A DNA stretch of 62,635 bases, filler included. It is 3 parts of 3 records of this genome, joined end to end, with 100 filler letters (N's around TTAATTAATTAA, not from the genome) between each part and the next. Parts side by side here need not be neighbours in the genome. Positions count along the whole stretch, not along the records: positions 1 to 22,183 come from SRR31156797_1861; positions 22,284 to 44,285 come from SRR31156797_1872; 1 more part is not named here. One strand, written 5' to 3'. The translations under genes were made by a program, and so were the position numbers. Below the pieces are notes generated by a model. That model was not told where the DNA came from and made no database searches. It saw only the letters and a program-made list of their open reading frames with translations. Shown piece by piece: positions 13,145-23,104 of the stretch (the first letter of the stretch is position 1; each line of letters begins with the position of its first letter).

Positions 13145-13172
13145 AAAGCCTCGAAACATCGAGGCTTTTTTC
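13145..13172. terminator. Terminator between convergent ispB and the antiporter gene
   Basis: AAAGCCTCGA-AACA-TCGAGGCTTT followed by a T-tract. Confidence 0.75.
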
Positions 13173-13201
13173 ATTGTGCTTTGCATGATTCAAACAGAGA
13201 T

Positions 13202-14614
13202 TTAGATAGAGAGCCCTTTCGCCCAAACCATTGCAACCGCACCGAGGGCTGCTGCGATTAGCACGATCAGTCCCCACTTTTCCCTGCCAACAAATGGCGA
13301 ACACCCGTGCTCTTTCTTTGCTCGCAAGTAAAAATATAAGCCAGGAAAGTAAAGCAGTGATGACAGCAACAGGTAATCCATCCCCGATGCATACAGTAAC
13401 CAGACGCCATAAATACTTGCGCCAAGGCCAATAAAAGTGACTTTGCTGAGACTTCCCTGCTCTATGGCTAGTTTAAGTGTATAAGCCCCGACTAATAGAT
13501 AAGGGACCAGAATCATCTCAGAAGCAATAATTAACAATGTGTCATAAGTGCTTCCCGCATACATCACCAGTACGAGAGATACTTGTATACACACATTGGT
13601 AAGAGTGAGGGACTTAACCGGACTCCCTGCCTTATTTTGCTTCTGATACTTTTTAGGGAAGATATTATCTTTAGCACACAAGTAAGGCACTTCAGAAGCA
13701 AGCACGGTCCAACTCAAAAACGCACCACAGACAGACACAATCAAGCCTAAGCCGATAATATATTGTCCCCACGAACCGATTATCGCCGTCAGCACCTTTG
13801 CCATCGAAGGATTTTGCATTTGTGCAAGTTCAACAGGCTTAATCACTCCCATCGAGAGCAATGTGACTAATACGTAGATCGTTAGAGCTGTTAATAATCC
13901 TAGGATGGTTGCACGACCGATATCTTTTCGGTAGCGAGCACGACTGGATACAACAACCGCACCTTCGATACCGATAAACACCCAAACAGTGATGAGCATC
14001 GTCCCCTTAACCTGAGCCCAAAGATCATAATCAGCCCCGAAATGCATTCCGGTTAGATCAATAGTGAAGTTGTCCCATTGAAACGCAATAACGGAAAATA
14101 TAATGAAAGTGATCAAAGGTATCATTTTAGCAAAGGTGGTGATCATATTGATCAGTGCCGCCGTTTTTACGCCTCTCAGCACTAATGCATGCATGACCCA
14201 AAGCAGTATTGATGCCCCAACCATAGAAGTCAGTGTATTACCCGCGCCAAATATCACACTCTCCGTAGTATCAAACAGCAGTCCTAAGGTACTAAAGACA
14301 ATCACCAGATAAGAGACATTGGCCAGCATTGCACTAAACCAGTACCCCCACGCAGAGCAAAAACCAACAAAGTCACCAAAACCCGCTCTTGCAAAACCAA
14401 AGACGCCACTATCGATTTCAGGTTTTAGCTCTGTCAGTTTCTGGAAGGACAAAGCAAGAAAAATCATACCTATACCGGTAATTGCCCATCCAATCATTAC
14501 CGCGATAGGGCTTGCAACCGACGCCATGTTTTGTGGCAGGCTGAAGACACCAGCCCCAATCATCGAACCAATAACTAAAGCCGTTAATGCTCCGATCCCA
14601 AGTTTATTGTCCAT
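13202..14614 (-). CDS. Basic amino acid/polyamine antiporter (APA family, ArcD-like)
   Basis: GSMIGAGVFSLP and WVFIGIEGA motifs; many TM segments. Confidence 0.9.
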   Translation of the reverse strand: MDNKLGIGALTALVIGSMIGAGVFSLPQNMASVASPIAVMIGWAITGIGMIFLALSFQKLTELKPEIDSGVFGFARAGFGDFVGFCSAWGYWFSAMLANVSYLVIVFSTLGLLFDTTESVIFGAGNTLTSMVGASILLWVMHALVLRGVKTAALINMITTFAKMIPLITFIIFSVIAFQWDNFTIDLTGMHFGADYDLWAQVKGTMLITVWVFIGIEGAVVVSSRARYRKDIGRATILGLLTALTIYVLVTLLSMGVIKPVELAQMQNPSMAKVLTAIIGSWGQYIIGLGLIVSVCGAFLSWTVLASEVPYLCAKDNIFPKKYQKQNKAGSPVKSLTLTNVCIQVSLVLVMYAGSTYDTLLIIASEMILVPYLLVGAYTLKLAIEQGSLSKVTFIGLGASIYGVWLLYASGMDYLLLSSLLYFPGLYFYLRAKKEHGCSPFVGREKWGLIVLIAAALGAVAMVWAKGLSI

Positions 14615-14852
14615 TTATACTTATTCTCTTTTCGCTTTTTCAAGCTACGTTTTGTTTGAACTAAAAGCACTTGGCTAAAACCAGTACTGCCATATTTTAA
14701 GGGCAGACAAAAATCACCAAGAGAAAATGCTTAAAGCAAGTTATTCGCTTAAGTTTACAAAAGATTTGAAGATGGATTGTCCTGTGGGCTCAATCTTGCT
14801 GTGCGTTTGTCGTTAATTTAATCAATAATAGAGTCCCTCTTATTACAAGCAT

Positions 14853-14882
14853 AAAAAAACCGCTCTGAGTTAGAGCGGTTTT
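14853..14882 (-). terminator. Terminator of mdh
   Basis: AAAACCGCTCT-GAGTT-AGAGCGGTTTT with an extended A-run (T-tract on the minus strand). Confidence 0.8.
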
Positions 14883-14903
14883 ATCATTCACAAAAGCTAA
14901 TGG

Positions 14904-15836
14904 CTACTTAACGAAATCAACACCCGTTTGGATGTCGCCATTTAGCGTTTCTAGCATGCCATCGAGTGCTGCCTTTTCGTATTGGCTAAGCTCACCATAG
15001 CTTAAGATTTCTTCTACGCCATCTTTACCCAATTTCACTGGCTGAGCGAAGAAAGGTGCATGTTCGCCACTGCCTTCTACGTAAGCGTATTCAATAACGT
15101 CTTCACCTTGAAGCGCTTTCACTAATGACAAACCAAATCGACAAGCTGCTTGACCCATAGATAATGTCGCACTACCGCCACCCGCTTTCGCTTCAACAAC
15201 TTCCGTACCCGCATTTTGGATACGTTTAGTTAGAGCTTCAACTTCTTCATCCGTGAACTCAACACCTTCAACTTGAGAAAGAAGAGGTAAAATAGTCACA
15301 CCAGAGTGACCACCAATCACAGGTACACGAACTTCACCTGGATCTTTACCTTTAAGATCAGCAACGAAAGTTTCTGAGCGAATGACATCCAATGTGGTAA
15401 CACCGAACAGCTTACGCTTGTCATAAACACCCGCTTTCTTCAATACTTCAGCAGCGATTGGCACAGTAGTATTCACTGGGTTAGTAATGATACCAACACA
15501 TGCATTAGGACAAACAACTGCAATACGTTCAGCCAATGAACGAACAATGCCAGCATTCACGTTAAACAGATCGGCTCTGTCCATGCCAGGTTTGCGAGCA
15601 ACACCAGCTGAAATCAAAACAACATCAGAACCTTCTAGAGCAGGTGTTGGATCTTCACCGGCATAACCTTTAATTGAAACCGGAGTAGGGATATGACTAA
15701 GATCCGCAGCAACACCAGGAGTTACAGGGGCAATATCATATAGGGCAAGATCAGATCCAGCAGGTAGACGATTTTTCAGTAGTAAGGCAAGGGCTTGACC
15801 AATGCCGCCAGCGGCACCAATTACAGAGACTTTCAT
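14904..15836 (-). CDS. mdh: Malate dehydrogenase
   Basis: [20 protein letters not shown] and IGGHSG motifs. Confidence 0.98.
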   Translation of the reverse strand: MKVSVIGAAGGIGQALALLLKNRLPAGSDLALYDIAPVTPGVAADLSHIPTPVSIKGYAGEDPTPALEGSDVVLISAGVARKPGMDRADLFNVNAGIVRSLAERIAVVCPNACVGIITNPVNTTVPIAAEVLKKAGVYDKRKLFGVTTLDVIRSETFVADLKGKDPGEVRVPVIGGHSGVTILPLLSQVEGVEFTDEEVEALTKRIQNAGTEVVEAKAGGGSATLSMGQAACRFGLSLVKALQGEDVIEYAYVEGSGEHAPFFAQPVKLGKDGVEEILSYGELSQYEKAALDGMLETLNGDIQTGVDFVK

Positions 15837-15915
15837 TATTGTTCTCTCCTTGTGAGTATGTGTCTTATCTTTTTAAGTTTTTTATGTAGGGTGTTTAATA
15901 TCTGACCATCAAAAA

Positions 15916-15946
15916 ACTATAGCAATCACAACTTGATTACAATCAA
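15916..15946 (-). promoter_or_regulatory. Putative mdh promoter (extended -10) overlapped by an FNR-type box
   Basis: Minus strand TGcTATAGT at 15916-15924; TTGAT-TACA-ATCAA at 15933-15946 is an exact FNR consensus. Confidence 0.6.
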
Positions 15947-16120
15947 TTAACGTCAGCTTTGCGACCTTGAACACTGGATAAATACTAGGATTGCTACCGA
16001 AATCCACAACAGGTAATTACCCATATATATAGTGCGGATAAAGTTAAACACATCCACACTCGGTGAATAAGCCGATAAACCCCATTTTACAGTGACCCTA
16101 TAGACATTTTTACAGCTAAG

Positions 16121-16158
16121 TTTGCCTAAATTTGCATAGCTATGCGAGAATATGCAGC
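16121..16158 (+). promoter_or_regulatory. Tandem ARG boxes (ArgR autoregulation)
   Basis: Two 18-mers, TTTGCCTAAATTTGCATA and TATGCGAGAATATGCAGC, 2 bp apart, resembling TGMAT-wwww-ATKCA, upstream of argR. Confidence 0.6.
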
Positions 16159-16187
16159 ATTAATGACTTACTGGTTTGAAGATGATA

Positions 16188-16658
16188 ATGCGAAACTCAG
16201 ATAAACAAGACAACCTCGTCCGCGCTTTTAAAGCACTGCTAAAAGAAGAAAGATTTGGCTCTCAGGGTGATATCGTAGACGCACTGAAAAGTGAAGGCTT
16301 CGACAATATCAACCAATCTAAAGTTTCTAGAATGCTGACCAAGTTTGGCGCGGTTAGAACACGCAATGCCAAAATGGAAATGGTTTACTGCCTTCCAGCA
16401 GAATTAGGCGTCCCTACGGTTTCAAGCTCTCTTCGCGAACTGGTATTAGATATCGACCACAATGATGCTTTAGTTGTTATTCATACAGGGCCAGGTGCTG
16501 CGCAACTTATCGCTCGCTTACTCGATTCACTGGGTAAATCAGAGGGCATTCTCGGCGTTGTTGCGGGGGATGATACAATCTTTATTACTCCAACCCAAAA
16601 CATTACCACCAAGCAGCTGTTTAGTTCTGTTTGTGAACTGTTTGAATACGCTGGTTAA
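16188..16658 (+). CDS. argR: Arginine repressor
   Basis: [10 protein letters not shown] and [10 protein letters not shown] motifs; divergent from mdh. Confidence 0.97.
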   Translation: MRNSDKQDNLVRAFKALLKEERFGSQGDIVDALKSEGFDNINQSKVSRMLTKFGAVRTRNAKMEMVYCLPAELGVPTVSSSLRELVLDIDHNDALVVIHTGPGAAQLIARLLDSLGKSEGILGVVAGDDTIFITPTQNITTKQLFSSVCELFEYAG

Positions 16659-16997
16659 CGTACAACAATCGGCATAATAAACACAATTTTACGAGAAAAG
16701 TCACACATTTAGTTGGTGTGGCTTTTTTGTTTTCATCCCTCGAAATACCAGTAACCTTCCCTTTACTGGCCTGCGATTTCACCGAAATACACCAAAAACA
16801 ATTCATTCTAAGTTACTGGTAATAATTAGCTTTTATAACTACATTTTTAAACACTACTATTATTTTGTGACATTTTTTTGGTATTATCCTGACACTTTTT
16901 CAACACAAGGATTGAAAAAGATTCTGTTTCTCAACGAAGAAATGCCCAAAACACTACACTTGTTTTGGGAAAAATATGAATGAAGGAAGGGAATTTC

Positions 16998-17966
16998 ATG
17001 GCATTGAATAAAATGATAAAGGTTGGCGCTATTGCTGCTTCGATTTTCGCAGCGGGCGCGGTTAACGCACAAGAATTCATCACAATAGGTACTGGTTCTG
17101 TCACTGGTGTTTATTACCCAACAGGTGGTGCAATTTGTAAGCTCGTTAACAAAGACCGCAAAGAACACAACATTCGTTGCTCTGTTGAATCTACTGGCGG
17201 CTCTATTTACAACGTAAATACGATTCGTGCAGAAGAGCTTGATTTCGGTATCGTACAATCTGACTGGCAATATCACGGTTATGAAGGTACTAGCCAATTC
17301 GCAGAACAAGGTCCATACAAAAAATTACGCGCAATGTTCTCTCTTCACACAGAACCTTTCAACATCATCGCTCGTAAAGACTCTGGCATCAATGGTGTTG
17401 CTGACCTAGCAGGTAAGCGTGTCAACATTGGTAACCCAGGTTCTGGTGACCGTGCAACTATGCAAGTTGTAATGGACGCCTTTGGCTGGACAAACGACAG
17501 CTTCACTCTAGCGTCTGAACTTAAAGGTTCAGAGCGTTCACAAGCTCTTTGTGACAACAAGATTGACGCATTCATCTACATGGTTGGTCACCCAAATGGC
17601 TCAATCAAAGAAGCAACGACATCTTGTGATGCTAAGCTGGTATCTGCATCTGGCGATAAGATCGATAAAATCGTCGCGGATAACCCTTACTACGCATACA
17701 GCACTGTACCAGCAGGCATGTACCGTGGCACAGATGAAGACGTAAACAGCTTTGGTGTAGCAGCAACATTAGTAACTACAACTGATGTTTCTGATGAAGT
17801 TGCTTACAACGTTGCAAAAGCAGTATTTGAAAACTTTGAAACTTTCACTCGTTTGCACCCAGCATTTGCAAACTTGAAAAAAGAAGACATGGTTAAAGCG
17901 GGTCTTTCTATTCCACTACACCCAGGTGCAGTGAAATATTACAAAGAAATCGGCTTACTTAAGTAA
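16998..17966 (+). CDS. TAXI-family TRAP solute-binding protein
   Basis: Signal peptide; IGTGSVTGVYYPTG, STGGSIYN and PLHPGA motifs. Confidence 0.93.
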   Translation: MALNKMIKVGAIAASIFAAGAVNAQEFITIGTGSVTGVYYPTGGAICKLVNKDRKEHNIRCSVESTGGSIYNVNTIRAEELDFGIVQSDWQYHGYEGTSQFAEQGPYKKLRAMFSLHTEPFNIIARKDSGINGVADLAGKRVNIGNPGSGDRATMQVVMDAFGWTNDSFTLASELKGSERSQALCDNKIDAFIYMVGHPNGSIKEATTSCDAKLVSASGDKIDKIVADNPYYAYSTVPAGMYRGTDEDVNSFGVAATLVTTTDVSDEVAYNVAKAVFENFETFTRLHPAFANLKKEDMVKAGLSIPLHPGAVKYYKEIGLLK

Positions 17967-17985
17967 CCCTTAAGATACTCCGAAC

Positions 17986-18010
17986 ATAAGGAGGCTCAAT
18001 GCCTCCTTAT
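17986..18010 (+). other. Intercistronic stem-loop after the solute-binding protein gene
   Basis: ATAAGGAGGC-TCAAT-GCCTCCTTAT perfect 10-bp stem with a weak T tail. Confidence 0.6.
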
Positions 18011-18143
18011 TCGTCTTCACTGAAGCTTGTTCTAAATTCAACTGAGCAGCTTATTTTGGTTTTCTCTCCTCATTTTGAAAACCGCATTTCTATACTTTCT
18101 TAATAAACTTTCGCTCGGGCCTCTTAGCCCCAATTAAAGGATA

Positions 18144-20729
18144 ATGTACATGACGCAGACAAAAACTCCGTCTCAAGATGTGCAAGAAATGGTTGCACAA
18201 GCTGATACAGGCGCAAGAAACCCGGGTGGTATTCCTGGGCGTGTTTTATGGTTTGTGCCACTGTGCTGGTCGTTGTTCCAACTTTGGTATGCATCACCAC
18301 TGCCATTTATTTTCAACTTTGGTGTATTAAACGATACTCAAGCAAGAGCTATTCACCTTTCGTTTGCCATTTTCTTAGCTTTTACTGCTTATCCAGCATT
18401 AAAAAATTCTTCGCGCGATAGAATTCCACTCATCGATTGGGTATTAGCTTTAGTCGGTAGCTTCAGTGCTGCTTACATTTATATTTTTTATGAAGAGCTC
18501 GCTGGACGTTCTGGCGCACCAACCGTTGCCGATATTGTCGTAGCTTCAAGCGGCATGCTGCTACTTTTGGAAGCAACACGACGTGCACTCGGTCCACCAT
18601 TGATGGCGGTAGCAGCCGTGTTCTTGTTTTACACATTTGCTGGCCCTTACATGCCAGAAGTGATCGCCCACAAAGGCGCAAGTTTGAACAAAGCGATGTC
18701 CCATTTATGGCTGACAACTGAAGGTGTATTTGGCGTTGCATTGGGCGTTTCTACATCCTTTGTGTTTTTGTTCGTACTATTTGGTGCAATGCTAGAACGC
18801 GCAGGTGCCGGTTCTTACTTTATTAAAGTCGCATTTTCACTGCTTGGTCACATGCGTGGCGGCCCTGCAAAAGCGGCCGTTGTTGCATCAGGTCTGTCTG
18901 GGTTAGTTTCCGGCTCATCCATTGCTAACGTTGTGACAACCGGTACTTTCACCATTCCATTGATGAAAAAAGTGGGCTTTCCCGCATCTAAAGCCGGTGC
19001 CGTAGAAGTTGCAGCATCAACCAACGGACAACTGACCCCACCAATTATGGGTGCCGCGGCATTCTTGATGGTGGAATATGTCGGTATTTCTTATGTTGAA
19101 GTCATTAAAGCGGCACTGTTGCCAGCTTTGATTTCATACATCGCTCTGATTTACATCGTTCACCTTGAAGCCTGTAAAGCAGGTATGACTGGTTTACCTC
19201 GTCGTCACACCTCAACAGTACTACAAAGCTTAACGTCATTTGTTGGTACCATATTAGGCTTATGTGTTATCAGCGCCCTAGTTTATTACGGTGTCGGTTG
19301 GACAAAAGAAGCCTTTGGCGCAGCTGCAACACCTATCGTCACCATTGCATTACTGATCGCATACGTTTTACTGGTTAAGATTTCAGCCAAATACGCTAAA
19401 GAAGGCGGCTTTGATTTCGAAGAAGAGATTCAGGAAATTCCAGATGTGGGCCCAACGGTTAAATCTGGTCTTCACTTCTTACTACCTATCGTTGTTCTTG
19501 TTTGGTGTTTAACGGTTGAGCGTTTCTCTCCTGGTTTGTCGGCGTTCTGGGCAACCATTTTTATGGTGTTTATCCTGTTAACGCAACGCCCTCTGATGGC
19601 GATATTCAATCAGACAAATGATACTTCAGAGCAGGCAAAACAAGGTGTTACCGACCTATTAGAGAGTTTGGTTTCCGGTGCGCGTAACATGATCGGTATC
19701 GGTGTTGCGACTGCAGCAGCAGGTACAGTGGTTGGCGTAGTCACACTGACAGGTATTGGCTTAGTCATGACTGACTTCGTTGAGTTCATTTCTGGCGGCA
19801 GTGTTATCGCGATGTTGATTTTCACTGCAATAATCAGTTTGATACTGGGTATGGGCTTGCCGACAACCGCTAACTACATCGTGGTTTCAACCCTGATGGC
19901 GCCTGTTATTGTAACGCTTGGCGCGCAACATGGGTTAATCATTCCACTGATCGCAGTTCACTTGTTCGTGTTCTACTTCGGCATCTTGGCCGATGATACT
20001 CCTCCTGTAGGCTTGGCCGCTTTTGCTGCTGCAGCAATTGCGAAGTCCGACCCTATACGTACCGGTATTCAAGGTTTTACCTACGATATTCGAACCGCAA
20101 TATTGCCATTCATGTTCGTGTTTAACACCCAGTTACTATTAATGGGACTCGATACTTGGTGGCATCTGGCTCTAACCGTCGCCTCATCAGTAATAGCCAT
20201 GTTGTTATTCTCGGCGGCCACCCAAGGTTGGTGGTTTACGAAAACCAAGTGGTGGGAAGTTATTGCGCTATTAGCACTGACTTTCACGTTCTTCCGCCCA
20301 GGTTTCTGGTGGGATATGGTTTATCCGCCACAAGAGCTTCATCCGGGTACTGAGCTGGTACAAATGGTAGAAAATGCACCAGCTGGTCAACCAATCCAGT
20401 TACTGGTTTCCGGAGAAACGTTAGAAGGCGATCTTGTTTCGAAAACGGTTCAGCTTCCATTTGATGATCGTGCAACCACCGCAGAAGAGAGAATTTCTTC
20501 GATGGGTTTAATTCTCGGTAGCGATACTGAGCGTATGATTATCGATATGGTCGAGTTCGGTAGCCCTGCGGAAATCGCAGGTATTGATTTTGATTGGGAG
20601 GTAAACTCAATCATCGTCGACAGTGATCGTCCAATGAAAGAATGGGTATTTATCCCAGCACTATTGATAACGATTCTGCTGGGTTGGAACCAAAAGAGAC
20701 GAGCGACAAAACAACAAATCAGCGCTTAA
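18144..20729 (+). CDS. TRAP transporter fused (4TM/12TM) permease
   Basis: GGPAKAAV, SGSSIANV, GMGLPTTANY and DDTPPV motifs; start may be at 18150. Confidence 0.93.
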   Translation: MYMTQTKTPSQDVQEMVAQADTGARNPGGIPGRVLWFVPLCWSLFQLWYASPLPFIFNFGVLNDTQARAIHLSFAIFLAFTAYPALKNSSRDRIPLIDWVLALVGSFSAAYIYIFYEELAGRSGAPTVADIVVASSGMLLLLEATRRALGPPLMAVAAVFLFYTFAGPYMPEVIAHKGASLNKAMSHLWLTTEGVFGVALGVSTSFVFLFVLFGAMLERAGAGSYFIKVAFSLLGHMRGGPAKAAVVASGLSGLVSGSSIANVVTTGTFTIPLMKKVGFPASKAGAVEVAASTNGQLTPPIMGAAAFLMVEYVGISYVEVIKAALLPALISYIALIYIVHLEACKAGMTGLPRRHTSTVLQSLTSFVGTILGLCVISALVYYGVGWTKEAFGAAATPIVTIALLIAYVLLVKISAKYAKEGGFDFEEEIQEIPDVGPTVKSGLHFLLPIVVLVWCLTVERFSPGLSAFWATIFMVFILLTQRPLMAIFNQTNDTSEQAKQGVTDLLESLVSGARNMIGIGVATAAAGTVVGVVTLTGIGLVMTDFVEFISGGSVIAMLIFTAIISLILGMGLPTTANYIVVSTLMAPVIVTLGAQHGLIIPLIAVHLFVFYFGILADDTPPVGLAAFAAAAIAKSDPIRTGIQGFTYDIRTAILPFMFVFNTQLLLMGLDTWWHLALTVASSVIAMLLFSAATQGWWFTKTKWWEVIALLALTFTFFRPGFWWDMVYPPQELHPGTELVQMVENAPAGQPIQLLVSGETLEGDLVSKTVQLPFDDRATTAEERISSMGLILGSDTERMIIDMVEFGSPAEIAGIDFDWEVNSIIVDSDRPMKEWVFIPALLITILLGWNQKRRATKQQISA

Positions 20730-20788
20730 TCCATATGCCTAGTGAGAACGAGATTCTCTCTAGGCATCGTTCACTTTGAGAAAACACT

Positions 20789-21226
20789 ATGTATAAACAT
20801 ATTCTTGTTCCTGTTGATTTAAATGAAAATGGTTTTTGCGATAAAGCCGTGGATCATGCGGTGTGGCATGCAAAACAAACCAACGCAAAAATACACCTAC
20901 TAAACGTTTTACCGGGCATTCACATGTCTATGGTTGCGACTTACTTTCCGAAAGAAGCAGCAAAACAGATGAAGGAAGATGTCAAAGGGCAGCTGAAGAA
21001 ATTTGTTGAGCGTTATGCTGATGAAGGCGTTGAGTTTGAAGTGTATGTTGCGGAAGGGAAACCTTACAGCACGATTTTAAAGTACGCGAAAAAGGTCAAT
21101 GCCGACTTAATCGTGATGCCGAGCCACAAGCGCTCACGCATTGATAAAGTGGTGCTAGGTTCAGTAGCAAGCAAGGTAGTAGAAAATTCGCCGATTAACG
21201 TTATGGTGGTTAAGCCAAACGGCTAA
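20789..21226 (+). CDS. Universal stress protein
   Basis: ILVPVD...ADLIVMPSH...LGSVASKVV. Confidence 0.93.
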   Translation: MYKHILVPVDLNENGFCDKAVDHAVWHAKQTNAKIHLLNVLPGIHMSMVATYFPKEAAKQMKEDVKGQLKKFVERYADEGVEFEVYVAEGKPYSTILKYAKKVNADLIVMPSHKRSRIDKVVLGSVASKVVENSPINVMVVKPNG

Positions 21227-21284
21227 TGAACTTTAAACAAAATATAAGGCCCTAACATCATGCTCGGGCCTTACTTTTTATAAC

Positions 21285-22088
21285 CTAAAGCGGGAAGTGG
21301 GTAACGCACAAGTCTTCAGATAATCCAATCTTAAATGAGCGTTTTTGTCCATCTAGCTCGACACTGATGTCATAGAGATCTTTCTCGTTCGGATTAAACG
21401 GATCGTAATACTTAGGCGCTTCAACCTGAAACAAGGCACTGGCATGGTCTGAGCGAACATCTATCGGGAGATGATAGGTCATAGCATCAAACTTTACTGA
21501 TGCGGATATCAGGCCCGGAGAATAACAGTGGAAATGCAAGTTCACCATCAACTCACATCCGCCACCATGGTGCCAAATTTGCTCAGTCGAAACATGCTCT
21601 AAACGAACATGACGAATAAACTGTAAATAGGGCTCTCGCCATATTCCCATTCGTTGATCGAAGGGCTCGACACTGTGCTCCTCTAACGAGCATAACTCAT
21701 CCTCAGGATCATCATCAATTAACCAGTCATCGTCTTGTTCCAAAAACAAAACCTCAAACCGGTTACGTCCCAGGTTCAGGTCTGCACGAATATCGCGTTT
21801 ATATACACGTTGAGTTCCATCACAATCAAATAATGCTACGCCATTTAAGCGCACTTCTGCATGATAATCGATGCCTTCCAAAACCAAGTCGATAGCACCA
21901 TAGCTGAGCATGCTTTCATCCACCTCTATGTCATGCATTAAATGCCATTCTTGCTGTGCAATGGTCTCTTCAGATAAAGCACTCGGAAGTACTGCACTTA
22001 AAGGATTGGGGAAAGAGATATCATCTTGAGGAATCGAGAGATCCGTGAGTGGAGATAGCTGCCAAAGGCCCGCGAGAGAAAGCTGCAT
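21285..22088 (-). CDS. Conserved hypothetical protein resembling only the N-terminal domains of GH2 beta-mannosidases
   Basis: LSLAGLW, LVLEGIDYHAEVRLNG and MGIWREPYL recall the GH2 sugar-binding domain; no catalytic barrel follows. Confidence 0.7.
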   Translation of the reverse strand: MQLSLAGLWQLSPLTDLSIPQDDISFPNPLSAVLPSALSEETIAQQEWHLMHDIEVDESMLSYGAIDLVLEGIDYHAEVRLNGVALFDCDGTQRVYKRDIRADLNLGRNRFEVLFLEQDDDWLIDDDPEDELCSLEEHSVEPFDQRMGIWREPYLQFIRHVRLEHVSTEQIWHHGGGCELMVNLHFHCYSPGLISASVKFDAMTYHLPIDVRSDHASALFQVEAPKYYDPFNPNEKDLYDISVELDGQKRSFKIGLSEDLCVTHFPL

Positions 22089-22183
22089 ATTATTTCTTAT
22101 GTTAATGTATTTTTGATGTTTTTATTGAGCTTGGTAATTTAAACATAGTAGAAATAAAAAATACCAGCCTAGGCTGGTATTTT

Positions 22184-22283
22184 NNNNNNNNNNNNNNNNN
22201 NNNNNNNNNNNNNNNNNNNNNNNNNNNTTAATTAATTAANNNNNNNNNNNNNNNNNNNNNNNNNNNNNNNNNNNNNNNNNNNN
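22184..22283. other. Artificial contig spacer
   Basis: 44 N + TTAATTAATTAA (22228-22239; stops in all six frames) + 44 N. Confidence 0.99.
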
Positions 22284-22595
22284 TCTGAACTTACAGACGG
22301 GGCCTTTTTCATTGTTACAGCATAGAAGTATTAATCTCATGGCAGCTTTGAAAATTGTATGGAGGAGTAGAACACGGCTTGTCCCAGTGGTTTAGAGTGA
22401 ATCAGCAAGGTCTGTTCAGGGCAGTAAAATATTTTGAACTAGTGCTTGGGTGTTACAAAGATGAACTTTAAGAAAAAAATGTGGATTCTCTTGTAATGAA
22501 GTTCCATTCGAGGTATTTATGGGAACTGATAGTGATTTGTCTCTAATGTACAAAAGTTAATATATTTATAGTAGATCAAAGAAAGGCTGTTTTTA

Positions 22596-23072
22596 ATGCT
22601 CGGATCAAAACCGTGTCCTCATTGCGGAAAAGATGTTGTTCTTTACCGCAACCCTGTTCCTACTGTTGATGTTGTAATTTATGATCCAATCCTCGGAGTT
22701 GTGCTTATCGAACGCAACAATCCTCCTTTGGGCTGGGCTTTGCCCGGAGGTTTCGTTGATTACGGGGAAACCCTTGAACATGCTGCCGTCCGCGAGGCAA
22801 AGGAAGAAACCGGTCTGGAGGTGGTTCTGACCGGATTGGTTGGGGTCTATTCCATGCCCTGCCGTGATGACCGCCAGCATACCATCAGTGTTACCTATAG
22901 TGCGGTGACCAGCGATGCTTCGGCTTTACAGGCCGGGGATGATGCGGGAGGGGCACGTTTCTTCATGCTGGACAGCCTTCCTGATCTTGTTTTTGACCAT
23001 CACGACATTCTTAATGATTTTTCTTCCAAGCTGATCCGTTTGCAGGATCATGCTGCTGTTGGCAATAAATAA
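22596..23072 (+). CDS. NUDIX hydrolase
   Basis: Complete Nudix box [25 protein letters not shown]-terminal CPHCG; FDH near the C-terminus. Confidence 0.92.
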   Translation: MLGSKPCPHCGKDVVLYRNPVPTVDVVIYDPILGVVLIERNNPPLGWALPGGFVDYGETLEHAAVREAKEETGLEVVLTGLVGVYSMPCRDDRQHTISVTYSAVTSDASALQAGDDAGGARFFMLDSLPDLVFDHHDILNDFSSKLIRLQDHAAVGNK

Positions 23073-23104
23073 TAACAAGCTGAAAATTGAAGGGAGTCTG
23101 ACCG

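Noticed and set aside
14615-14850. Lysine or other riboswitch upstream of the amino-acid antiporter
   Set aside because: No L-box conserved motifs or convincing multi-stem fold on the minus strand.
16686-16710. Possible CRP site upstream of the TAXI operon
   Set aside because: Only one good half-site (TCACA); too degenerate and distant to call.
22228-22239. TTAATTAATTAA palindrome (also at 44330-44341) as a biological site
   Set aside because: Centred in identical N-runs; a six-frame-stop linker added during concatenation.
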